Shown piece after piece: positions 15,092 through 24,885 of a DNA stretch of 57,556 nt. The translations under genes were made by a program, and so were the position numbers. Source of the stretch: a virus (lineage: Duplodnaviria; Caudoviricetes); IMG/VR virus record IMGVR_UViG_3300044210_000034, positions 1 through 57,556 of that record; one strand, written 5' to 3'. The notes below the pieces were generated by a model, which saw nothing but the letters and a program-made list of their open reading frames with translations, searched no databases and was not told the DNA's origin. How positions within the stretch are numbered: the stretch's first letter is position 1; each line of letters starts with the position of its first letter.

Positions 15092-16471
15092 ATGAGCGCG
15101 CAGCCCGTCGAGCTGATCCACACCTTCCGGCCCCGGGGGAGCGCCGTCGAGGTGCTGCACGCCCGCGAGGCCGAGGTCGTGATGTCCGGCCCGGCGGGCA
15201 CCGGCAAGAGCCGGGCGTGCCTCGAAAAGCTGCTGCTGCAAGCACTGAAGTACCCCGGGATGCGCGGGCTCATCCTGCGCAAGACGCAGGTCAGCCTCGG
15301 CCCGTCGGCGCTGAAGACGTGGCGGCGCGACGTGGCCGTCGAGGCGCTGCGCAACCGCACCCTGTGGTTCTACGGCGGCAGCGCGGAGGAGTCGGCGCAG
15401 TACCGGTTCGCGAACGGCAGCTCGATCGTGGTCGGCGGGATGGACAACCCGACCAAGATCATGAGCACCGAGTACGACGTGATCTACGTGCAGGAGGCCA
15501 CCGAACTGACGGTGACCGACTGGGAGTACGCCCTCACCCGGCTGCGCAACCACCGGATGCCGTACCAGCAGATTTACGCCGACTGCAACCCGGACACCCC
15601 GACGCATTGGCTCAAGGTCCGGTGCGACGCCGGGCGGGCGCGGATGATCTACTGCCGCCACGAGGACAACCCCGTGCTGTTCGACGAGGTGGCCGGTCCG
15701 GACGGCGAGCCCGAGTACGTGCTCACCGAGCAGGGCGCCGAGTACATGGCGAAGCTCGACAGCCTGACCGGCGTGCGCTACCTGCGCCTGCGCAAGGGGC
15801 TGTGGGTCGCGGCCGAGGGCGTGATCTTCGAGGACTTCGCCCCCGACGTGCACCTGATCGACACGATGCCCGACGGGTGGGAGAGCTGGCCGAGGTACTG
15901 GTCGGTCGACTTCGGCTACACCAACCCGTTCGTGTGCCAGATGTGGGCCGAGGACCCCGACGGGCGGCTGTACCTCTACCGCGAGTTCTACATGACCGGG
16001 CGCACCGTCGACCGGCACGCCCGGGACATCCTGAAGGTGATCACCAAGCCGGACCGGTTCGGCAACCCGGTGTGGACCGAGCCCCGGCCGCACATGATCC
16101 TCGCCGACCACGACGCCGAGAACCGCGCCCGGTTCGAGAACGAGATCGGGCTCGGCACGACGGCGGCCGACAAGAACGTCAAGGACGGCATCGAGGTCAC
16201 GCAGGCGCGGTTCCGGCTGGCCGGTGACGGCAGGCCGCGCATCTTCCTGCTGCGCACCGCACTGGTCGAGCGCGACGGCAACCTCGAAGACGTCCGCAAG
16301 CCCTGCTCGACGGTCGAAGAGCTGCCCGGCTACGTGTGGCTGCCCTCGAAGGACGGCAAGGCAGTCAAGGAAGAGCCGCTCAAGCTCAACGATCACGGGA
16401 TGGACGCGATGCGCTACCTCTGCAAGGAACGAGACCCGCTCGCGCGGCCCGGCATCCGGATCATCCGGTGA
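15092..16471 (+). CDS. terL: Terminase large subunit (PBSX-like)
   Basis: GPAGTGKS, YVQEATE, DCNP, VDFGYTNP, DHGMDAMRY. Confidence 0.95.
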   Translation: MSAQPVELIHTFRPRGSAVEVLHAREAEVVMSGPAGTGKSRACLEKLLLQALKYPGMRGLILRKTQVSLGPSALKTWRRDVAVEALRNRTLWFYGGSAEESAQYRFANGSSIVVGGMDNPTKIMSTEYDVIYVQEATELTVTDWEYALTRLRNHRMPYQQIYADCNPDTPTHWLKVRCDAGRARMIYCRHEDNPVLFDEVAGPDGEPEYVLTEQGAEYMAKLDSLTGVRYLRLRKGLWVAAEGVIFEDFAPDVHLIDTMPDGWESWPRYWSVDFGYTNPFVCQMWAEDPDGRLYLYREFYMTGRTVDRHARDILKVITKPDRFGNPVWTEPRPHMILADHDAENRARFENEIGLGTTAADKNVKDGIEVTQARFRLAGDGRPRIFLLRTALVERDGNLEDVRKPCSTVEELPGYVWLPSKDGKAVKEEPLKLNDHGMDAMRYLCKERDPLARPGIRIIR

Positions 16472-16566
16472 ACCGGCTCGCCCCGGTCGGCCGGGTGCTG
16501 CTCGTGCTCGCCGCCGTCCTCGCGGTCATGTGGGTGCTCACCGCCATCACGGGCGGTGGCCGGTGA
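16468..16566 (+). CDS. Tiny membrane peptide
   Basis: GTGA overlaps on both sides; hydrophobic. Confidence 0.45.
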   Translation: MNRLAPVGRVLLVLAAVLAVMWVLTAITGGGR

Positions 16567-16856
16567 GGCGGCTCGCCCCGGCCCGGCGGTACGTCGGCGC
16601 GCTCGCGGTGGCCGCGTGGGCTCGGGTCCGTCGTCCGGCCGCGCAGCGCCGAGCCCGCCGGGCGGTGGTGTTCGCGCTCGACGGGCTCGGGCTCGGGTTG
16701 ATCATCGCGGCAGCGTGCCTGATCAGCGTTGCCCTAGGCTTGCTGGTGGCAGGTGTGATCGCCCTCGGCGTGGCGGTCGTCGCATCGCCTACCGACGACG
16801 ACGGTCACTCGACCGGCGCGGACGGCGACGGGACGGAAGGGGCCACCGAGTCGTGA
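16563..16856 (+). CDS. Small membrane protein between terL and portal
   Basis: Two hydrophobic segments; common position in HK97-type clusters. Confidence 0.6.
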   Translation: MRRLAPARRYVGALAVAAWARVRRPAAQRRARRAVVFALDGLGLGLIIAAACLISVALGLLVAGVIALGVAVVASPTDDDGHSTGADGDGTEGATES

Positions 16857-17005
16857 TGGGCGCAGTGCGCGTTGCAACAGCCGCAGATGTTCCACGTCTC
16901 GCGGCGGCACCAGCAGGCGACCGCCCGCTCGCGGGCATCACCGCTCGGCGCGGTGGGGTGCACGGCGGTCTCGAAGTTCTTGATCGGAAGCAGGGTCCGG
17001 GGCAT
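16805..17005 (-). CDS. Antisense Cys/His-rich small protein
   Basis: GGAAGGA SD; CWC...CGCCNAHCAHH. Confidence 0.45.
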   Translation of the reverse strand: MPRTLLPIKNFETAVHPTAPSGDARERAVACWCRRETWNICGCCNAHCAHHDSVAPSVPSPSAPVE

Positions 17006-17028
17006 CGTCGGTTCCTTCCGGTGGAGGC

Positions 17029-18492
17029 GTGATGTCGTTCCTCACTGCTATCGGTCGTCGCGCAGGGTCGGCTGTAGCCGCCGTTCGGGTGACCGACTCG
17101 GCGCCGGTGCCGTACGTCGCGGCCGGGCGCACGAACGTGTTCAGCCCGATGAACCAGGTCGGTGACCAGACCGCGCAGATGCGGGCGATGGGTCAGGTCG
17201 GCGTGCTCTTCGCCATGATCGACAAGCTGTCGACGGGCGTCGCCTCGGCGAACTGGCGGTTGTACCGCAAGGCGCGCAGCGGCCGGAAGGAAGACCGCAT
17301 CGAGGTCACCGAGCACCCGGCCCTGGTGGTGCTGAACAAGCCGAACCCGTTCTACACGCGGCAGGAGTTGTTCGAGGCGTCGCAGCAGCACCAGGACTTG
17401 ACCGGCGAGACCTGGTGGGTGCTGGCCCGCAACGCCCGGGTCGGCGGACTGCCCGTCGAAATCTGGCCGGTCCGCCCGGACCGGATGCAGCCGGTCACGA
17501 GCCCGACCGAGTTCATCACCGGCTACGTCTACACCGACCCCGACGGCCGCAAGGTCCCGCTCGACCTGAACGACGTCATCTTCATCCGGCGGCCGAACCC
17601 GCTCGACCCGTTCCGGGGCATCGGCCCCGTGCAGTCAGTGCTCGCGTACATCGACGGCGAGCACTACTCGGCGATGTGGAACCGCAATTTCTTCCTGAAC
17701 GGCGCCATTCCCGGCGGCATCATCGAGGTCGAGAAGCGCCTGAGCGACCCCGAGTTCGACCAGATGTCGGCCCGCTGGAAGGAACAGCACCAGGGAATCG
17801 CCAACGCGCACCGCGTCGCCATTCTCGAACAGGCGAAGTGGATCGATGTCAAGTACACGCAGGAAGACATGCAGTTCGCGCAGCTCTCTGCGCTGTCCGA
17901 CGAGAAGATCCGGCAGGCGCTCGGCTTCCCCAAGCCGATGCTCGGCACCGTCGAGGACGTCAACCGCGCCAACGCCGAGGCGGCGGCGTTCGTGTTCGCC
18001 GCGTGGTGCCTGGTGCCGCGCCTCGACCGGATGCGCGCCGCGCTGAACGCCGACTTCCTGCCCAAGTTCCCGGCGTCCGACGGGTTGGAGTTCGACTACG
18101 ACTCGCCGGTGCCCGAGGACGAGGCGGCCGAGAACACCGCCCGCACCTCGAAGGTCGACGCGGTCACCAAGCTGGTGGCGGCCGGGTTCGACGCCGCCGA
18201 GGTGCTGGAGTGGGCCGAGATGCCCGCCCTCACCTACTCCAAGCCCGCGCCGCCCGCGCTGCCCGGTCCTCCACCCGGTCAGGGCGGCGCGGGCTTGGAC
18301 ACCGAGAAGGACCCGGCCCGCACCGAGATCGAGAAGGGCGCCGACGAGGGCGCGCAGACCGACGCGGTGTACCAGCTCGGCCGGTTCATCATGGAAGCGC
18401 CCGAGGGCGCCGAGCGCGAGCGCCGGATCGAGGCGCTGCGCGCCCTCGCCCGCGCGGCCGACGCGCAGCGGGACCGGGCACTGCCGTGGTAG
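17029..18492 (+). CDS. Portal protein (HK97 family)
   Basis: HPALVVLNKPNPFYT, GIGPV, FFLNGAIPGG, NRANAE. Confidence 0.93.
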   Translation: MMSFLTAIGRRAGSAVAAVRVTDSAPVPYVAAGRTNVFSPMNQVGDQTAQMRAMGQVGVLFAMIDKLSTGVASANWRLYRKARSGRKEDRIEVTEHPALVVLNKPNPFYTRQELFEASQQHQDLTGETWWVLARNARVGGLPVEIWPVRPDRMQPVTSPTEFITGYVYTDPDGRKVPLDLNDVIFIRRPNPLDPFRGIGPVQSVLAYIDGEHYSAMWNRNFFLNGAIPGGIIEVEKRLSDPEFDQMSARWKEQHQGIANAHRVAILEQAKWIDVKYTQEDMQFAQLSALSDEKIRQALGFPKPMLGTVEDVNRANAEAAAFVFAAWCLVPRLDRMRAALNADFLPKFPASDGLEFDYDSPVPEDEAAENTARTSKVDAVTKLVAAGFDAAEVLEWAEMPALTYSKPAPPALPGPPPGQGGAGLDTEKDPARTEIEKGADEGAQTDAVYQLGRFIMEAPEGAERERRIEALRALARAADAQRDRALPW

Positions 18493-19319
18493 ACGCCCCG
18501 CGCCCGCCTGCCGGTGTGGCCGCCGAGCTGCCGGACGGCGCCGACCCGGCCGACCTCGACAAGGTGCAGGTCAGCTACGAGCGCAGCCTCGACGACCTGC
18601 TGCACCGGTGGCTCGACCTCTCGGCCGCGCAGACGCAGGCCATCCTCGACGCCATCGAGCACAACGTCTCGGCGGGCGACGTCATCGGGCTGCTGTCGGT
18701 GTCGGCCAGCTCGACCGAGGCGGCGGCCGTGCTCGAACGGGCGATGCTCGACCTCGGCAACGAGGCGGGCGCTCAGGTGGTGGCCGAGGCGGTCAGGCAG
18801 GGGCTCGCCGAGGGAGACCTGCACGCGACCCCGCCCGAGCGGCTGCGCACCGCGCAGGCCGCGCAGGTCTACGCCGCACAGACCGCCGCGTTCCTGGTCG
18901 GCTCGGCCATCGGCGAGGCGATGCGGGTATGGTCCCGGGGCCGGACGGCGGCCGACGTGCGCGCCGACGTGGCCGCCCACCTCGGCACCCTCACCGACGC
19001 CTACCCCCGCCTGGTGCTCGGCGGGGCGCTGACGCAGGCGCAGCACGACGGCCGGTGGGGGACGATGCTCGGCGGCCCCGAGGCGGCCCTGTACGCCGAC
19101 GAGGTGCTCGACAAGAACACGTGCGAGCCGTGCCGGACGATCAACCGGAAGTGGATCGGCAACGCCAGCGACACCCTGCCCGCGCAGTCCTACCCCGTGG
19201 CGGGGTACATCGGGTGCAAGGGCCGGTGGCGCTGCCGTGGGCAGGTCGTCGCGGTGTGGCGCGGGGGCGACAACTGGCGCGAGTGGGTCGAGCTGCCCGC
19301 GCAACGTACGGCGCCCTGA
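18486..19319 (+). CDS. MuF-like minor head protein
   Basis: DKNTCEPC...GCKGRWRCRG; follows portal. Confidence 0.7.
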   Translation: MVDAPRPPAGVAAELPDGADPADLDKVQVSYERSLDDLLHRWLDLSAAQTQAILDAIEHNVSAGDVIGLLSVSASSTEAAAVLERAMLDLGNEAGAQVVAEAVRQGLAEGDLHATPPERLRTAQAAQVYAAQTAAFLVGSAIGEAMRVWSRGRTAADVRADVAAHLGTLTDAYPRLVLGGALTQAQHDGRWGTMLGGPEAALYADEVLDKNTCEPCRTINRKWIGNASDTLPAQSYPVAGYIGCKGRWRCRGQVVAVWRGGDNWREWVELPAQRTAP

Positions 19320-19345
19320 CGGGCCAGCGCGCTACGGTCGTCCTC

Positions 19346-19642
19346 ATGATGCCTACCAGCCTCCAACAGCCCGCCAGCGCCGCGCCTGCGCCCGCCGCGC
19401 AGCAGTTGCCGCCGGTCGACCCGGGTAACCCGCACCTCGCCCCGGTGGCCGCGAGCCTGAGCGTCTCGCACGTCAAGCTGTCCGGCCCCGAGATCAAGGA
19501 CGGCGGCGACCGGGTGCTCGCCACCTTCCGGATCGGCCCGGCCACCGTGACGGCGTTCCTCACCCGGGACGACGCCGAGTCGTGGTCGAAGCTGCTCGCG
19601 TCCGGCGCCCGGCAGTGCTCGCCGCTGGTCATCCCGGGCTGA
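19346..19642 (+). CDS. Hypothetical protein
   Basis: Plausible globular sequence ending before a terminator. Confidence 0.55.
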   Translation: MMPTSLQQPASAAPAPAAQQLPPVDPGNPHLAPVAASLSVSHVKLSGPEIKDGGDRVLATFRIGPATVTAFLTRDDAESWSKLLASGARQCSPLVIPG

Positions 19643-19660
19643 CCGCCCAGATCCGGGAGA

Positions 19661-19705
19661 ACGCGAGAGCCCGGCACCCCACGGACGGGGCGCCGGGCTC
19701 TCGTG
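19661..19705. terminator. Bidirectional terminator
   Basis: CGAGAGCCCGGCACCCC...GGGGCGCCGGGCTCTCG. Confidence 0.7.
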
Positions 19706-19714
19706 CGTGCGGGG

Positions 19715-20263
19715 TCAGCTCGCGGGCAGCTCGGCGGTGAGCACCCACACGCTCGCCGTCGCGGTCTGGTCACCGGTCAGGTTCGGGCCGACCACCGACG
19801 CGGTGAACGAGCGGGTCGTCTGGCCGGGGGTCGGCGCCACGGCGGTGAACTTCACCGTGACGCCGGCGGGCGCGACGCCCTGCACGCTGCCGGACACCTC
19901 GGGGCCGCCCTTGACGTAGGCGGGCAGGCCGGACACCACGACCGTGGCGGTGGCGTGGGTGGCGTCGAGCTTGACGGCGGTCTGCTTGATCACGCCGACG
20001 CTCTTCGGGATCTCGATGCCGAATGCGTCCTTCAGGCTGGCCGGACCCCAGTACGGGTCGGGGCACTTGTGCGTCGCGGCGACCAGCCACAGCGAGCGCG
20101 GCTCGCCGGTGCCCTGCTTGATGCACAGGCCGCGCTCGGTGGTCGACAGGACCGGACCCGAGGCGTTGGCGACGTTCGCGGCGAGCAGCCCGGCGGCGGC
20201 GATGAAGACGGCCACGAGCGCGGCGAGACCGACGCGCGCCCGGGTGGTGAGCCTGCGGAACAT
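19715..20263 (-). CDS. Secreted protein (moron-like, antisense within head genes)
   Basis: GGAAGGA SD; signal peptide ending ANA; two Cys; beta-rich. Confidence 0.75.
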   Translation of the reverse strand: MFRRLTTRARVGLAALVAVFIAAAGLLAANVANASGPVLSTTERGLCIKQGTGEPRSLWLVAATHKCPDPYWGPASLKDAFGIEIPKSVGVIKQTAVKLDATHATATVVVSGLPAYVKGGPEVSGSVQGVAPAGVTVKFTAVAPTPGQTTRSFTASVVGPNLTGDQTATASVWVLTAELPAS

Positions 20264-20459
20264 GGTGATCCTTCCGATGGGGACATGGTCAGCGAGTGAT
20301 CTCGCGGCGAGCCGAGCCTAGCGACGCCCGGTAGCAGCTCGCAGGGATGATCGGGACCTGAGCGAACTTGCTCGCGATCGGCTACCCTGCCGATCAAGTG
20401 GGAGTGGAGGCCCGCGACCAACCGTTTTGATCTTGGTCGAGCCTCCGAGGTGTTCCCGC

Positions 20460-21887
20460 ATGAGCCGTCGCGCCGCACGCAAGACCGTGCCCGGCGCACG
20501 CCCGGCGTTCGCCGCCCGCGTGCCGCTCGCTGCCGTCCGCAACCGCACCGCCCCCGACGCTCCCGGCCGTCCCGCGCCCGCTCTCGTGACCGAGGCGCCG
20601 CGTCAGTTCTGGCAGGCCAAGGCCGCCGCCACCGAGGACGACGCCGACGAACTGTGGATCTACGACGAGATCGGGTTCTCGTGGTTCGACGAGGGCGTGA
20701 CGGCCGCCGGGTTCGCCAAGGACTTGGCGGCCCTGAAGGGCAAGCGGCTCACCCTGCGAGTGAACAGCCCCGGCGGCGACGTGTTCGACGGGCTCGCCAT
20801 CAAGAACCTGATCGCCAACCACCCCGCGCACGTCACCGCCCGGGTCGACGCGCTCGCCGCCTCGATCGCCTCGGTGATCATCCAAGGCGCCGACGAGGTC
20901 ATCGTCGAGCCGCACGCGCAGATCATGATTCACGACGCCTCGGGCGTGTCCTTCGGCAACGCCGACGAGATGCGCGAGATGGCCGATCTGCTCGACATGA
21001 TCAGCGACAACATCGCGCAGGTGTACGCCGACGCCGCCGGGGGCACCTCGGGCGACTGGCGCAAGGTCATGAAGGGCGAGAAGTGGTACACCGGCGACGA
21101 GGCGGTCACCGCCGGGCTCGCCGACCGCGTGGGCGACGCGGGCACCTCGCGCAAGACCCGGGCGTGCCCCGACTGCGACGGCAGCGACCCGAACTGCGCC
21201 ACCTGCGACGGCACCGGCCGGGTGTCCGGGGACGGCGCGCCCGACCAGGACGAGGACAAGGCCAAGGCGCGCGAGCGCCTGCGGGTGGCCGCCTCGTGGT
21301 GCCGTCAGCTCTTCCCCGGCCACGAGAGCCGGTTCGAGAACGTCCTCGCCGAGCTGGCCGACGGCCAGACGCCCCCCGAGGACGGCGACGCAGACCCGGC
21401 CGCCGGGAGCGTCGAGGACGACGCCCCCGGGGTCGACACCGACCCCGCGCTTCCCGCCCCGGCGGCGCAGGGCGAGGGCGAGCCGGTGCCGGACACCCCG
21501 CGCGCCCCGGCCCCCCCCGAGGGGGAGCCCGAGCAGCTCGCGTTCGCGTGGGACGCGAGCCTGCTCACCGGCGCCGTGCAGGCCGCCGTCGCCCCGCCCC
21601 GGATCGACCTCGGCGACTGGCGCGCGTGGTTCAGCGAGGCGCCCGCCGCCCGTGAGCCCGAGCGCAACCTGCCGGTCGACATCGGGCCGCCGCCCGAGCG
21701 CCCGGTCGAACCCGAGACCCCCCGAAACGCTCTCGCCGAGCTGATCGGGTCGGCGGTCCGTCTGGCCGCCAATGACCAGCCCGCGCCCGACGCCCCCTCG
21801 GCGCCCGAGCCCGAGCTGCCAGCACTACCACCCATCCGACTGGACGTCGCCGACGTCCGGCGAGCAGTCCGAGAGGCGAGGTACTGA
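20460..21887 (+). CDS. ClpP-type prohead protease with long acidic/Pro-rich C-terminus
   Basis: VNSPGGDVFDG, LAASIASVI, IMIHDA, EKWYTGDEAV..GLAD. Confidence 0.92.
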   Translation: MSRRAARKTVPGARPAFAARVPLAAVRNRTAPDAPGRPAPALVTEAPRQFWQAKAAATEDDADELWIYDEIGFSWFDEGVTAAGFAKDLAALKGKRLTLRVNSPGGDVFDGLAIKNLIANHPAHVTARVDALAASIASVIIQGADEVIVEPHAQIMIHDASGVSFGNADEMREMADLLDMISDNIAQVYADAAGGTSGDWRKVMKGEKWYTGDEAVTAGLADRVGDAGTSRKTRACPDCDGSDPNCATCDGTGRVSGDGAPDQDEDKAKARERLRVAASWCRQLFPGHESRFENVLAELADGQTPPEDGDADPAAGSVEDDAPGVDTDPALPAPAAQGEGEPVPDTPRAPAPPEGEPEQLAFAWDASLLTGAVQAAVAPPRIDLGDWRAWFSEAPAAREPERNLPVDIGPPPERPVEPETPRNALAELIGSAVRLAANDQPAPDAPSAPEPELPALPPIRLDVADVRRAVREARY

Positions 21888-21888
21888 G

Positions 21889-23253
21889 ATGCCCGAGCTG
21901 GTCATCCCGACCTCGGCGAGTGAGCTGGAAGAGCTGCTCGCCGACGGCAAGCGTGTGCAGGAGGTCATGAACGCCGGTCGGTTCGGCGAGCTGGTGACCA
22001 ACTACGCGCGCACCACCTACGACCGGGACATGGACATCCGGCGCCAGGTGCAGGAGCAGACCGCCACCGCGCTGGCCGAGTTCCTGAAGTCCGCCGAGAA
22101 CGAGGGCGACGTCGTGCGCCCGAACCTGACCGTGCCGCAGGTCAACGCGCAGTTCCGGCCCGGCAACGCCCGGAACGTCGCGATCCACAACCCGCGTGCG
22201 ATGGGCGCCGCGATCGACAAGGACTTCGAGAACAGCGCCGACTACTTCCGCACCATCTGGCACAACGCCAACCGGACCGCCGACAACCAGGCGCGCCTCG
22301 GTCGCATCCGCAACGCCTTCAGCTCGACGGTGCCGAGCGAGGGTGGCTTCCTCATCCCCGAGACGCTGCGTTCCGAGCTGCTCATGGTGGCGCTGGAGAA
22401 CAGCGTCGTGCGCCAGCGCGCCCGGGTCATCCCGATGGAGACCCTGCGGGTGCCCTTCCCGGCCATCGACTCGACCTCGAACGCGACGTCGGTGTTCGGC
22501 GGCATCGTGGGCTACTGGACCGAGGAAGGCGCCGCGCTCACCGCGTCGTCCGCCAACTTCGGCCGGATCGTCCTCGACGCCAAGAAGCTGACCGCCTACA
22601 CCGAGCTGCCGAACGAGCTGATCGCCGACTCGGCCGTGTCCTTCCAGGCGTTCATCGACCAGCTCTTCCCCGAGGCGCTGGCCTGGTACGAGGACATCGC
22701 GTTCCTCAAGGGCACCGGCGTGGGCGAGCCGCTCGGGTCGCTGTCCTCGGCGAACCCGGCCCTCGTCGCCGTCACCGGCGAGTCCGGCCAGGCGGCGGGC
22801 ACGATCGTCTGGGAGAACATCGTCAAGATGTTCGCCCGGATGCTGCCGAGCAGCCTCGGTCGCGCGGTGTGGGTGGCGGGCATCGACACCTTCCCCGAGC
22901 TGGCGACGATGGCCCTGTCGGTCGGCACCGGCGGTTCGGCCATCTGGCTGAACAACGGCGTGCAGGGTCCGCCCATGACGATCCTCGGCCGCCCGGTCAT
23001 CTTCACCGAGAAGAGCACCGCCGCGCTCGGCACGCAGGGCGACATCTCGTTCGTCGACTTCAGCTACTACCTGATCGGTGACCGGCAGGTCATGTCGGCG
23101 TCGAGCAGCCCGCACTACAAGTTCGCCAACGACCAGACCGCCTACCGCATCATCGAGCGGGTCGACGGTCGGCCGTGGCTCCAGTCGGCGATCACTCCGC
23201 AGAACGGCAGCTCTTCCACGCTGACCCCGTTCGTGCAGCTCGCCACCCGCTGA
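21889..23253 (+). CDS. Major capsid protein (HK97 fold)
   Basis: EGGFLIPE, KKLTAYTELPNELIADS, GTGVGEPLG, TILGRPV, IERVDGRP. Confidence 0.95.
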   Translation: MPELVIPTSASELEELLADGKRVQEVMNAGRFGELVTNYARTTYDRDMDIRRQVQEQTATALAEFLKSAENEGDVVRPNLTVPQVNAQFRPGNARNVAIHNPRAMGAAIDKDFENSADYFRTIWHNANRTADNQARLGRIRNAFSSTVPSEGGFLIPETLRSELLMVALENSVVRQRARVIPMETLRVPFPAIDSTSNATSVFGGIVGYWTEEGAALTASSANFGRIVLDAKKLTAYTELPNELIADSAVSFQAFIDQLFPEALAWYEDIAFLKGTGVGEPLGSLSSANPALVAVTGESGQAAGTIVWENIVKMFARMLPSSLGRAVWVAGIDTFPELATMALSVGTGGSAIWLNNGVQGPPMTILGRPVIFTEKSTAALGTQGDISFVDFSYYLIGDRQVMSASSSPHYKFANDQTAYRIIERVDGRPWLQSAITPQNGSSSTLTPFVQLATR

Positions 23254-23353
23254 CGCACGAAAGCCGGGCGGGCAATAAACCCCCCGCCCGGCTGCACCAC
23301 CCGACCCGGCAGCCTCGCCCCGGGCGGTTCCTCCGAAGAGAAACGAGAAGATC

Positions 23354-23791
23354 ATGGGGATGCAGGCTCTCGGCCGCACCTTCAACTGGCAGTACCTCAT
23401 GGACGGCAAGTACGTGAACCTGAAGAACGTCGCCGGTGTGGCGTTCCTCTGCTACCTCGGCGGCGGCGCCGGGGACACGTACACCCTCGTCGAGGCCAAG
23501 GACGCGAGCGGCACCGGGGCGCAGAACCTCGTCACGGTTACCGAATACTGGACGTGCACCGGCGACGGCTCGGACGCATGGACCAAGCGCACGCAGGCCG
23601 CCGCCGCGACGGTCACCACGGCCGCCGCCGCGACGCAGAACTGCATGGTGTTCGAGGTGCAGTCCGTCGAGCTGTCCGACACGTACAAGTACGTCAAGGT
23701 CACCTCGACCGGCGCGGGCATCGTCACCGCGCTGCACACCAACCTGCTCGTGCAGCGGACCCCGGCGAACCTCGCCGCGATGGGGGTCTGA
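23354..23791 (+). CDS. Virion protein (decoration-like)
   Basis: Follows capsid; beta-rich, YKYVKV. Confidence 0.6.
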   Translation: MGMQALGRTFNWQYLMDGKYVNLKNVAGVAFLCYLGGGAGDTYTLVEAKDASGTGAQNLVTVTEYWTCTGDGSDAWTKRTQAAAATVTTAAAATQNCMVFEVQSVELSDTYKYVKVTSTGAGIVTALHTNLLVQRTPANLAAMGV

Positions 23792-23793
23792 TC

Positions 23794-24261
23794 ATGAGCG
23801 TCTACGTGGACCCCGCGAGCCTGCGGCTGTGGAACATGGGGCTCCGGGTCAACCGGGCCACCGCCACGCTGCCGCAGACCGCGACGGCGACCCTGTTCAC
23901 CGTCTCGGGTGGGCGAATCCTGCTCACCTCGCTGATCGGCAACGTGACGGTCGCGACCGGCGCGACCGCCACCAACCTGAAGATCACCTCGACGCCGAGC
24001 GCCGGTACGGCCGTGGACATCGCCACCAACGTGGCGGCGGCGTCCAAGGAAGTCGGGGCGCACTTCAGCGTCAACTGCGTGACCATCGGCGCCCTCACCG
24101 TCGGCAACGCCGGTGGGCTGGCGATGGCGGGCGGCTCGGGTGGCCTGATCATCCCGGCCGGTTCGATCCAGTGGACGACCGACGCCAACGACACCGGCTC
24201 GATCAAGTGGCTGCTGACCTACGTGCCGCTCGACGACGGCGCGGCGGTCGCGGCGGCGTGA
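23794..24261 (+). CDS. Virion protein (decoration-like)
   Basis: Thr/Ala/Gly-rich; C-terminal YVPLDDGA. Confidence 0.6.
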   Translation: MSVYVDPASLRLWNMGLRVNRATATLPQTATATLFTVSGGRILLTSLIGNVTVATGATATNLKITSTPSAGTAVDIATNVAAASKEVGAHFSVNCVTIGALTVGNAGGLAMAGGSGGLIIPAGSIQWTTDANDTGSIKWLLTYVPLDDGAAVAAA

Positions 24262-24323
24262 CGTCATGACGCTGTGGGTCTGCTCGGCGTGCTCGACGCG
24301 GTACAGCGTCGGCGCGCCGAGCT
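24209..24323 (+). repeat. Probable source copy of the 115 bp repeat at 5412-5526
   Basis: Exact identity; spans a natural gene junction here. Confidence 0.95.
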
Positions 24324-24637
24324 GCCCCCACTGCGGCAGGAAGCGTCACTACGAGGAAGGGGACGACGTGCCTCGCAACACCGTGGACACCGGCACCTCG
24401 CACGAGGACGCCGGGGTCAAGGCCGACGGCGCACAGCCCGAGGCGCCGCAGGAGACCGCCCCCGCGCCCGAGCCCGAGGCGACCCGGGAGGCGGCGGGCG
24501 AGCCGACGTCGGACGTCGAGACGCCGCAGGGCGACGAGGCGGGCGCCGCCGAGGGCGACGACGGCTCGCAGGTGGAGGGAAGCGACGAGGCGCCCAAGGC
24601 GCCGCCGTCGCGCACGTCACGGCGCAAGGGCGCCTGA
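24266..24637 (+). CDS. Zn-ribbon protein with acidic disordered tail
   Basis: CSAC...CPHC. Confidence 0.65.
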   Translation: MTLWVCSACSTRYSVGAPSCPHCGRKRHYEEGDDVPRNTVDTGTSHEDAGVKADGAQPEAPQETAPAPEPEATREAAGEPTSDVETPQGDEAGAAEGDDGSQVEGSDEAPKAPPSRTSRRKGA

Positions 24638-24675
24638 CGACGGATCGACGGCGACGGGCGAGGGAGGTGTGAGCG

Positions 24676-24885
24676 GTGGCGGATGCGCAGGGCTCCAACG
24701 GTTGGTGGGGCTACCTGGCGATCCTGAAGGACGCCGCCGACACGCAGACCTCGCTCGCCGCCGTCGGCCCGATCTCGTGCCCGAACGACGGCGAGCCGCT
24801 CGTGCAGGCTTCCGACGGCGGGCTGTTCTGCAAGTTCGACGGCTGGCGGCCGGGGCCGTCGGCGCAGGGGGCGAGCGCGCGATGA
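24676..24885 (+). CDS. Small hypothetical protein
   Basis: GGAGG upstream; CPNDG...CKFDG. Confidence 0.65.
   Translation: MADAQGSNGWWGYLAILKDAADTQTSLAAVGPISCPNDGEPLVQASDGGLFCKFDGWRPGPSAQGASAR

Noticed and set aside
18470-18495. Portal-MuF fusion by frameshift
   Set aside because: A GTG overlapping the portal stop explains it by coupling; no slippery site seen, although an assembly indel cannot be excluded
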